In this document: in pieces, positions 11,230 to 19,395 of the stretch | Position numbering within the stretch: position 1 is the stretch's first letter | Layout: each line of letters begins with the position of its first letter | Origin: Balneolales bacterium | GTDB lineage: Bacteria; Bacteroidota; Rhodothermia; Balneolales; DATFMH01 | DNA length: 64,000 nucleotides | Assembly (NCBI GenBank): GCA_035267045.1 | Contig: DATFMH010000226.1 | Span: forward strand, 11,427 to 75,426 | Reading direction: 5' to 3' | Notes under the pieces: generated by a model | Seen by the model: the letters and a program-made list of their open reading frames with translations, nothing else | Told to the model about the DNA's origin: nothing | The model's database searches: none | Made by a program: the position numbers and the translations under genes

Positions 11230-11841
11230 ATGATGAAAATTTTCAAGAAAACAATATTACTGTTTTTACCGGTTATAATGTTAGCACCGGTTGTTAGGGC
11301 AACAGGGCAAACAACCGCAAAAAATGAACAGAATGAGATAAAGAATCTGCTGGTACAAAGGGATAATGAAATAAAGGATCTCATAGGACCCGAGGGATCA
11401 AAGTATACTGATCAACAAAAAAACAAGTTAAAAAAAATCATAAACGATATTGTTGATTACAACGCCATGGCTAAAGTTGCCCTTCAAAAAACGTATGATA
11501 CATTAAGTGTTTCTCAAAGAAAGGAATTTGTTAATGTATTCTCACAAATTATCAGGGATCAATCATTAAATAAATTGGATATTTACCGAGCTAATGTAGA
11601 TTATAAAAATATTGCGGTAAATAATGATACGGCATATGTTAAGACTATTGCTACTTTGAAGGATGTCAGGACACCTGTGGCATACCGCATGAAAAAAGAG
11701 AATGGTAATTGGTTTATAACGGATATGATTATTGATAATGTCTCAACAGCGGAATCATATAAGCGATCATTTCAAAGTTATCTTCGAAAAAAGAGCTATA
11801 ATTCGCTGCTGGCTACGCTTAAAAAGCGGGCAGCCCGATAA
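11230..11841 (+). CDS. MlaC/Ttg2D-like periplasmic lipid-binding protein
   Basis: Signal peptide. Carries the MlaC-family blocks DYNAMAKVALQKTYDTLSVSQRKEFVNVFSQII and NGNWFITDMIIDNVSTAESYKRSFQ. Confidence 0.8.
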   Translation: MMKIFKKTILLFLPVIMLAPVVRATGQTTAKNEQNEIKNLLVQRDNEIKDLIGPEGSKYTDQQKNKLKKIINDIVDYNAMAKVALQKTYDTLSVSQRKEFVNVFSQIIRDQSLNKLDIYRANVDYKNIAVNNDTAYVKTIATLKDVRTPVAYRMKKENGNWFITDMIIDNVSTAESYKRSFQSYLRKKSYNSLLATLKKRAAR

Positions 11842-11916
11842 ACATTATTTTCAATGCCGGACTAAGTATTGTATATTTCGAAAATATTTATGAATTATTA
11901 CTATAAAATTTAAAAA

Positions 11917-12948
11917 ATGCTCAGGGCTGTTACACGAAAAACATTGGGCAAAGAGGGATATGTTTATGCCGTTTATGGGGATAAAAAATATCTAAAGCAT
12001 GCCGTTGCTTCTGTCATATCACTCAGACGTCATGACACGGATCGGCCTGTTGCTTTAATTTGTGAAAAAAAGCACAGGGACATTCTTGATGATTTAAACT
12101 TATTGGATTTATTCGATGTCGTGTATCCTCTTGCCCCGGATCATTGCTCTATCGTTGGATTTAAACATAATATCCATGAATACATGTTGTTTGAAAGTAA
12201 TATGTATCTGGATAGTGATATCGTCTGGTGTAAAAACCCCGATCCGTTGTGGCAATCATTATCTACTCATCCCTTCACTATAACCGGTACGCAAGTTTCT
12301 GATTCTTTTTTCGGCGGACCCAAAAATATTGGTGTTATAGCGGATATTATGTTACGTCGCAGATCCCGAACGTTAAAAAGATTTGGCCTCACTTATTTAA
12401 GCCGGGTACAAACGGGTATGATATTCGCACAGGATCATGCGCTGACTAAGAAAGTTTGTACACTTGCGGGAGAAATGTTAAACAGGAAGAAAGAGACTCA
12501 TTTCAGAAGCAGAACTCTCGAAGAGGGGAGAAGCGAAGAGTCTTGCGAATGGAGTCTTGCAATGGCAATGTCTAAGCTAAGCATTCCTGTTTTCCCGTGG
12601 TTACAGGGGCACACAAGCCCCCAATTGGATTTTATTGATGATATGACATCAAATGATCCCGATTTTGAATATGTATCATGTACTTATTATAGTAATCCGC
12701 TGGTTTATAATCTTCGTGGTTTGAATAGCCCATCGCTGCGAAAATTATTGTTTAAAATATTTTCTATAATGCCGGGAACCACAGACTATCTGCAGGTCAC
12801 TCCTTATTGTTTGCATTTTGGTTGGTATCACCAAAAACAACCTTTTTATGAGTTTTCAGAACGTGTTTGGAACCGGCTGAAAGCAAGTAATGAAAAGTAC
12901 GGAATTACAGAGACCAGGCGGCGGGTGTTATCCGGTAGTGTCTTGTAA
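11917..12948 (+). CDS. hypothetical protein, possible GT-A (GT8-like) nucleotide-sugar transferase
   Basis: N-terminus YVYAVYGDKKYLKHAVASVISLRRHD resembles GT8 starts, and LDSDIVW is a DxD-like motif. The functional call is weak. Confidence 0.4.
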   Translation: MLRAVTRKTLGKEGYVYAVYGDKKYLKHAVASVISLRRHDTDRPVALICEKKHRDILDDLNLLDLFDVVYPLAPDHCSIVGFKHNIHEYMLFESNMYLDSDIVWCKNPDPLWQSLSTHPFTITGTQVSDSFFGGPKNIGVIADIMLRRRSRTLKRFGLTYLSRVQTGMIFAQDHALTKKVCTLAGEMLNRKKETHFRSRTLEEGRSEESCEWSLAMAMSKLSIPVFPWLQGHTSPQLDFIDDMTSNDPDFEYVSCTYYSNPLVYNLRGLNSPSLRKLLFKIFSIMPGTTDYLQVTPYCLHFGWYHQKQPFYEFSERVWNRLKASNEKYGITETRRRVLSGSVL

Positions 12949-12990
12949 TCTGGCTGATAATTAGTTTATTATTATATAATCATTTACAGA

Positions 12991-14454
12991 ATGAGAATCC
13001 CTAAAAGAGTCGCATTAGGTGTAGGCTGTTTATGCCTGTTTTTAATTCATAACTCATCTTATGCTCAATTAAAACCGCTTAATTATAAAGTTGGGATTCA
13101 AACGGATTTTGCGACAAAGGGGAATTTGCCATTCTGGCTGTATACCGATCGTTTTGGGATTATTGATCAAAATTCAGCTAATCTCTTAGGGGATTTTACG
13201 GTTAAAACGGATTACAGTTTCTCCCGAAAATGGGATTACAGTTATGGGGCCGAATTAATTGGCCGGGCTTCCGATCGCAGTGGACTTTATCTAAATCAAT
13301 TATATTTTAAGGCCCACTATGGACCGCTCCAACTTCAAATTGGACGGATACGTGAACGATTAAACACCCATATGCCCGGTTTATCCTCCGGGTCTATCAT
13401 GTGGAGTGGAAATGCAACGCCATTGCCCAAAATTGTATTATCATTTCCACACTACACTCCCATACCTTTTACTCATGGTTATTTAAAAATAAAAGGTTAT
13501 TGGGGAAATGGCTGGTTCGAAGATTCGCGGTATGTTAAAGATACTTATCTGCAACAAAAACAATTATATTTCAAAGCCGGAGGCAATTTACCTGTCAATG
13601 CTTATATCGGATTGACTGATGATGTGCAATGGGGTGGTACGTCAAGTAATACCAATGTAGGCCGGCTTCCTCAGGGCATTAAGGATTATTTGCGGGCTTT
13701 CTTCGGCGAACATGGTGGAAATAACTCACCAAGGGGTGAGGAAATAAACGCTCTGGGTAACCATATCGGTTCATGGGAATTGGGTGCGACGTGGAATATT
13801 GGTAAATACAGAGGCATCATTTACAGACAAACGATATTTGAAGATAAATCCGGTTTACGTTTAGGTCAGGGAAGTATCCGTGATGGATTGCTTGGGATTG
13901 GTATTCAATCCAAAAACAGAAAAAAAGTTATCGACGGAGTATTATGGGAGTTCTTGTATACAAAGAATCAAAGTGGTCCGGCTAATCCGGATCCTCCACC
14001 CGGTGTTCATACAAAACGAAATGCTCAGGGATATCCGTGGGGAGGACGTGATAACTATTTTAATAATTATATATACCGTTATGGTTGGACGTACTTCGGT
14101 AAAACGATAGGTACACCATTTATTACCCCTCTTAGTCATAGAACATCGATAAGAGAGACTTCAATTATAAATAACCGTGTTGTTGTACAACATTTTGGTA
14201 TAGAGGGCTTAATATTTTCATCGATGTCATACCGGGCATTCTTCACATATAGCAGAAATTATGGAACGTATAACACTCCTTTTACTCCACATAAAACACA
14301 ATATTCTGTTTATTATGAAATGAATATACCGGTAAAATCTGTTCCGAATCTTGATATTAATACGGCCGTATCAGGAGATTTTGGGAATATGTATGGAACA
14401 AATTATGGTTTTATGCTTGGTCTTACCTATTCCGGATTATTAAAAAAATTGTAG
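12991..14454 (+). CDS. outer-membrane beta-barrel protein, possibly capsule-assembly Wzi family
   Basis: Signal peptide. Aromatic- and Gly-rich alternating pattern throughout. The NLPFWLYTDRFGI block resembles Wzi-family N-termini as I remember them. Confidence 0.4.
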   Translation: MRIPKRVALGVGCLCLFLIHNSSYAQLKPLNYKVGIQTDFATKGNLPFWLYTDRFGIIDQNSANLLGDFTVKTDYSFSRKWDYSYGAELIGRASDRSGLYLNQLYFKAHYGPLQLQIGRIRERLNTHMPGLSSGSIMWSGNATPLPKIVLSFPHYTPIPFTHGYLKIKGYWGNGWFEDSRYVKDTYLQQKQLYFKAGGNLPVNAYIGLTDDVQWGGTSSNTNVGRLPQGIKDYLRAFFGEHGGNNSPRGEEINALGNHIGSWELGATWNIGKYRGIIYRQTIFEDKSGLRLGQGSIRDGLLGIGIQSKNRKKVIDGVLWEFLYTKNQSGPANPDPPPGVHTKRNAQGYPWGGRDNYFNNYIYRYGWTYFGKTIGTPFITPLSHRTSIRETSIINNRVVVQHFGIEGLIFSSMSYRAFFTYSRNYGTYNTPFTPHKTQYSVYYEMNIPVKSVPNLDINTAVSGDFGNMYGTNYGFMLGLTYSGLLKKL

Positions 14455-14473
14455 GATTAACATCAGGCTTTAC

Positions 14474-15649
14474 TTATTGGTTAGACAGAGCCTTCTCATA
14501 GAGTTGTTCAAATTTATCACATGTATGGTCCCAGGTTAAGTTGGATCGTATGTGTTTAGATGCTGCAGTTCCTAATATTTCTGCTGATGGCCGGTCTTGA
14601 TTATATAAGCGGTCTATAGATTTGGCCAATTCGGAACTGTTATCAGGAGATATGAGCAAACCGTTATGTTCATGATCTATTATTTCAGGTGTACCGCCTA
14701 CTGAAGTACTGATCGTTGGCAGCCCGACACACATGGCACTTAACACTGCCAGACTGAAATTTTCATGTCTGGATGGTAAAACAGCCATATAAGATTTTGA
14801 AAGCAATTTGCCTAGTTCTTCATGGTTTAACCAGGACTTAAATGTGACTCTATTGGATAAACCCAGTTCTTGAACCTTTTGTTTCAGGAACTGTTCACGA
14901 TCACCTTTGCCAACTATTAATGCATTGGGAGCACGACCATCCAGGATATGAAGAGCCTCAATAAATGTATCGATACCTTTGGTTTGCGTCAGCCGGCCAA
15001 AATAAACCGCCGGACCTTTCTGAGCGTTTTCAGTTCTTCTATATTTTAAAAATTCATCAGGCACACCATTATAAACGGGAATAATTTTATGTTTTTGGAT
15101 ATTGAAAGCCTTTTGGACCAAATTTCCTGACCATTTACTTGGAGGAGTACAATAATCAGCATTACGGGCTGCTGATCCCTGCAAAAGATACTTCCCATCT
15201 TTCACTAATAATTTGGCATAATCAGTAAAATTTAATTTTCGATTATTCAGTAGAAGGTCGGGGTAATGTGGATGGTGGGGCTCGCTGATCAATCCAAATT
15301 TATACTTATTTTTAAGTAAATGAAGGAGTCCGCCTTCTTCTCCATTTGTATGAACAACGACATTATGTTCCGTTTCAAGTATTTTCTTCACTAAAAGGTA
15401 AACTGAGATAGCACTGAGAGGGCGAAGTGTTGCTTTCCTTTTGCTTTTATTGGCAATCAGAGCAGCCCATTGAATCTCATACGGAATATCCTCAGGTACA
15501 TCAATTTTTTCCCATGGCGGTTTTGTGTAAATAACTGTTACATTATGTCCTCTTTTAGAGAATGTATCAGCTAGATGATGGGTTGATCGTTGTGCTCCAC
15601 CACTATATTGTGACCAAGGGGAATAATCTATAGTTAGTACTATTCTCAT
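14474..15649 (-). CDS. glycosyltransferase family 4
   Basis: GT4 pattern: N-terminal SGGAQRSTHHLA..GH.V and C-terminal PSRHENFSLAVLSAMCVGLPTISTSVGGTPEII..GLL (E-x7-E region). Confidence 0.85.
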   Translation of the reverse strand: MRIVLTIDYSPWSQYSGGAQRSTHHLADTFSKRGHNVTVIYTKPPWEKIDVPEDIPYEIQWAALIANKSKRKATLRPLSAISVYLLVKKILETEHNVVVHTNGEEGGLLHLLKNKYKFGLISEPHHPHYPDLLLNNRKLNFTDYAKLLVKDGKYLLQGSAARNADYCTPPSKWSGNLVQKAFNIQKHKIIPVYNGVPDEFLKYRRTENAQKGPAVYFGRLTQTKGIDTFIEALHILDGRAPNALIVGKGDREQFLKQKVQELGLSNRVTFKSWLNHEELGKLLSKSYMAVLPSRHENFSLAVLSAMCVGLPTISTSVGGTPEIIDHEHNGLLISPDNSSELAKSIDRLYNQDRPSAEILGTAASKHIRSNLTWDHTCDKFEQLYEKALSNQ

Positions 15650-15799
15650 GTATTATTAACGCACAGAATATGAAAGCAAATGATTCTTAAGCAAATAAGA
15701 GATTAGCTAATAAGGTAACTAATTTGGATTTGTTTTCAAGTTAATATTGATAAAATAACAGGGAAGATTGTAGGAAAAGTAAATAAATATGGATCATTT

Positions 15800-16789
15800 T
15801 TAGTCGGATTCTTTGGCTATGTCTTCCGTGGCTGGTATGTTGGTATTTCCATCAGGTGATGGTAAAATGTCTTTATCTTTAAAAAAGGAAGTCAATGAAA
15901 AGAGTACAACATTCATAATTTTACCAAATACACTATTGGCAAGCATAATTGCAGCAATGGCTGCCGTGGGAACATGCATCATTTGTGTCAGTTTAAGGCT
16001 GGCACCGAAAAAGATCAAATCACGATTAGGTAAAAACGGTATTCTTGACATCATAATCTGTACTGCTACAAAAGTGAACCAAACATATAAAGGGATATTG
16101 GGAAGTATTAAATGCCATTGAATAATTTGCAATGATTGACCTAATAAAAGCCGGAATACATGAATAGAAAAAATAGTCCCCGCTGTTTTAAAAGGCATTG
16201 ATATGATATAATGTCGAAATCGAATTAATATAATAATAACGATAAGGAATAGAGCAATTCCTCCATATAGATACCAAATATTATGAATGTGGAGAAAATC
16301 GAGCAATCTTATTTGTCCGGTTAATAAGAATACTCCTAATAATCCGAAAGCTACCAATGTGGATGATGCGGAGGAGATAATATTATTATCTTTAATCGTT
16401 TTAAGGATTTCAATCTCTTTTATGTCAATATTCTTACGGGCCCAAAAATAAAAGTATACTTCACCGGAATATCCCATTACATCCTGGTTATAAACTTTTG
16501 TAAGCAAGAGGACAGGGAACGCATTTCGGAATTTAAAAGTCCAGGTGAGACGGTAAATAAACAGCTGTGCTACCGGCAGTGAAACATATATCATCAAGTA
16601 CAGCAAATAAAACAGGGGATTAAGTGGCAGAGAATGCCAAACATTGCCCCATCCTATAGTGGTAAGCTGATATAGTAACCATGCTATAACACCGACAAGG
16701 AAAAGTCTGCGAGACCAGTTGATGATTTTTTGGCCCCGATTACTCTTGACGAAATCGGACCAATAACGTTTAAATTCTTTAAAATTCAT
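15800..16789 (-). CDS. flippase-like / lysylphosphatidylglycerol-synthase-TM-domain family membrane protein
   Basis: 329 aa with about 8 TM helices and no soluble domain. The architecture and GT neighbourhood fit the UPF0104 flippase-like family. Family call is moderate. Confidence 0.5.
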   Translation of the reverse strand: MNFKEFKRYWSDFVKSNRGQKIINWSRRLFLVGVIAWLLYQLTTIGWGNVWHSLPLNPLFYLLYLMIYVSLPVAQLFIYRLTWTFKFRNAFPVLLLTKVYNQDVMGYSGEVYFYFWARKNIDIKEIEILKTIKDNNIISSASSTLVAFGLLGVFLLTGQIRLLDFLHIHNIWYLYGGIALFLIVIIILIRFRHYIISMPFKTAGTIFSIHVFRLLLGQSLQIIQWHLILPNIPLYVWFTFVAVQIMMSRIPFLPNRDLIFFGASLKLTQMMHVPTAAIAAIMLANSVFGKIMNVVLFSLTSFFKDKDILPSPDGNTNIPATEDIAKESD

Positions 16790-16997
16790 TTATTTACAGC
16801 ATACAAAACACTTAAAAAGCAAAAGGCTTTTAATATAAGGTTATTTTGGCAATTACTATATATTTAAAAATTACCTGTAATGAACAGTGACAAGTGCATA
16901 TGTGAATAGTGTTACTTTCGTTAAATATTGATGATCTACTGCAATTCGTAAATGTAACGATTATATTAAACAAATTTTTTCAACAGAATAATGTTAC

Positions 16998-18134
16998 ATG
17001 AGATTATTATTAATAAGTCAGGATTTTCCACCTGACATCGGCGGTATACAAACATATTGTTTTGAACTGGCTGATCGGTTTTATAAAAATAATGAGGATT
17101 TTGCCGTTTTAGCCCCAAAGAAGAAGAAAGACCAGGATGTTGACCTGAGTTTGCCTTATAAGGTTCATCGGGTATTAAGCAGTAATGCATTATTGCCATA
17201 TACATCGCTTCCGGTTATTAAGTCACTCACAAGAAATAAATACGACACCACTTTTCACGCTCAATGGCAGACGGTATTACCGGCATTACCCAATCGGAAG
17301 AAAGGGTATATCAAGCGGGTCTTTGCTGCTGCTCATGGCAGGGAGTTATTATTCAATCCGTTCAATAACGATTCTTTTGCAGGCCGGAGATACGTTGCAT
17401 ACAGAAGATGGTTGTTGTCTCAAGTTGATCATTTTTTTGCTGTTAGTCGGTATACCGCTAATCTTCTTATGAATGAGGGTGTTTCTGAAGATCGTATAAC
17501 AGTAATGCCTAATGGAACGAATCCCGGCGAATTTTATCCGACTGAGACCAGTGAGCTTCGAAATAAATTAGATTTAAATAGTAAACGCATTATAATGACG
17601 ATTACGCGTTTAGTCCCTCGTAAAGGAGTGGATAATGTACTAAGTGCCATGCGTTCCGTAATTAAAAAATATGATAATGCTTTATACCTGATAGTGGGTG
17701 GCGGTAATGATTTAGAACGTTTGGAATCTTTGGTTTCAGAATTTAATTTAAATAATAATGTTCGTTTCCTGGGTAAAGTGCCACACTCAAAGGTGAAAAG
17801 TTATTATAATTTATGTGAAGTCTTCGTAATGACACCCAGAACCGAACCGTTAAATATAGAAGGTTTCGGTATTGTTTATTTAGAAGCAAATGCCTGCGGA
17901 AAACCGGTTATAGGATCTACCTCAGGAGGTATTACGGATGCAATTATTGACGGCAAAACAGGGTTATTAGTTGATGAAGATAATCCGGAACAATTGGCTG
18001 ATGCCATTTTACAATTATTAGATGATTCCAAATTGGCTGAAAAGCTCGGTAAACAAGGAAGAGAACGTGTTATCAAGGAGACAAATTGGGATACTATTGC
18101 CCACAATATTCATGAAAAAATGTTATCAGTTTAA
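16998..18134 (+). CDS. glycosyltransferase family 4
   Basis: MRLLLISQDFPPDIGGIQTY... and C-terminal EGFGIVYLEANACGKPVIGSTSGGITDAIIDGKTGLLV. Confidence 0.88.
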   Translation: MRLLLISQDFPPDIGGIQTYCFELADRFYKNNEDFAVLAPKKKKDQDVDLSLPYKVHRVLSSNALLPYTSLPVIKSLTRNKYDTTFHAQWQTVLPALPNRKKGYIKRVFAAAHGRELLFNPFNNDSFAGRRYVAYRRWLLSQVDHFFAVSRYTANLLMNEGVSEDRITVMPNGTNPGEFYPTETSELRNKLDLNSKRIIMTITRLVPRKGVDNVLSAMRSVIKKYDNALYLIVGGGNDLERLESLVSEFNLNNNVRFLGKVPHSKVKSYYNLCEVFVMTPRTEPLNIEGFGIVYLEANACGKPVIGSTSGGITDAIIDGKTGLLVDEDNPEQLADAILQLLDDSKLAEKLGKQGRERVIKETNWDTIAHNIHEKMLSV

Positions 18135-18252
18135 AATTAGATAATAATGACATCATAATTTGTTTACATGGCTGTCGTTTAATTAAGTAGCTATAAGTAG
18201 ATATGGAATGGTAAGAGAGCAAAATCCATTCTTAGTAATAATCCATAACTAT

Positions 18253-19044
18253 ATGATGATAATTAATGTCAGAAATTTGAACAATTTTATTAATAAACTT
18301 TTTCAGTGGAGTAACTTGAAGCTATTCATCCTCATAATTTTTTTCATCAATCCATTTCAGTTAACTCATGCTCAGTTTCAAAAGGAGCCTGACGGAACTA
18401 TTATTCTTGATAATTTTCAGGATGATACCGTAGGTACGTTGCCATATGGCTGGTATAATCGGGATGGAAATGTCAAAGTATGGAATTTAACTGGTAATGA
18501 CCGGGATAAATACAAATATCAGATAAAGGAAAACGGGGGTAATAAATATCTTGAATATGACGGGATAAAGGCAATGCATTTAAATCTGCCTCTCGTAAAT
18601 AAGAAAGGTATTAATTTAGAAAAGACACCAATATTATCCTGGAAATGGCGCGTTTATGATATTCCCAAAGGAGGAAATGAGAACGATAGTGATAAAAATG
18701 ACTCAGCGGCAGGGATATATGTGGTTTATGGTTTTGCCGGTTTATTTAAGCTTCCAAAATCGATTAAATATTGTTGGAGCTCCACTTTACCGGTAGGTAC
18801 AATTTTGTCTAAAAATTTTGGTAAACAAAAAATAATTGTATTAGAATCGGGGAGTAAGAACGAAGGGAAATGGATTACTTTTCAGCGAAATATAGCCCAG
18901 GATTATAAAAATCTTTTTGGTGAAGATCCACCAGATAAACCCATTGCCATTCTTATTTTAAGCGATGGCAATAATACGAAAAGTCGTGTTAAAGCTGATT
19001 ACGATGATATTGAATTAAAACCTGTTGATACAACTCATCGTTAA
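18253..19044 (+). CDS. DUF3047 domain-containing secreted protein
   Basis: Block ILSWKWRVYDIPKGGNENDSDKNDSAAGIYVVYG, with C-terminal AILILSDGNNT...ADYDDIEL. The ORF opens at 18208, but the signal-peptide-like segment begins at the ATG at 18253. Confidence 0.7.
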   Translation: MMIINVRNLNNFINKLFQWSNLKLFILIIFFINPFQLTHAQFQKEPDGTIILDNFQDDTVGTLPYGWYNRDGNVKVWNLTGNDRDKYKYQIKENGGNKYLEYDGIKAMHLNLPLVNKKGINLEKTPILSWKWRVYDIPKGGNENDSDKNDSAAGIYVVYGFAGLFKLPKSIKYCWSSTLPVGTILSKNFGKQKIIVLESGSKNEGKWITFQRNIAQDYKNLFGEDPPDKPIAILILSDGNNTKSRVKADYDDIELKPVDTTHR

Positions 19045-19395
19045 TTCCATGTATAGCTAAATCTCAGGTGACTGATAAAAATGAAAGAGATGATATAATT
19101 CATCATAATCACACATACATTTTTTATAATCACGGCGTTAATCAGCTATAAAAAAATAAACAAGTATTTTCTTACTATTTTTATAGGTTTAAAAGTCTCG
19201 CATCTAATGTTGTTAAAAGTTAGAACTTGACAGCTATATGGAAATGAAATCATTTCATAAAATCCGATAATGTTTTTTAGCTTCAATCAAATACTGTTCA
19301 TGATGAATTCATCTGATATTTTTAAGCTTTTATTTTATATCTTATAAAGCTTTTGAACAAGGCAAAGTCGAATACGGCTCAAGTGAATATTACAA

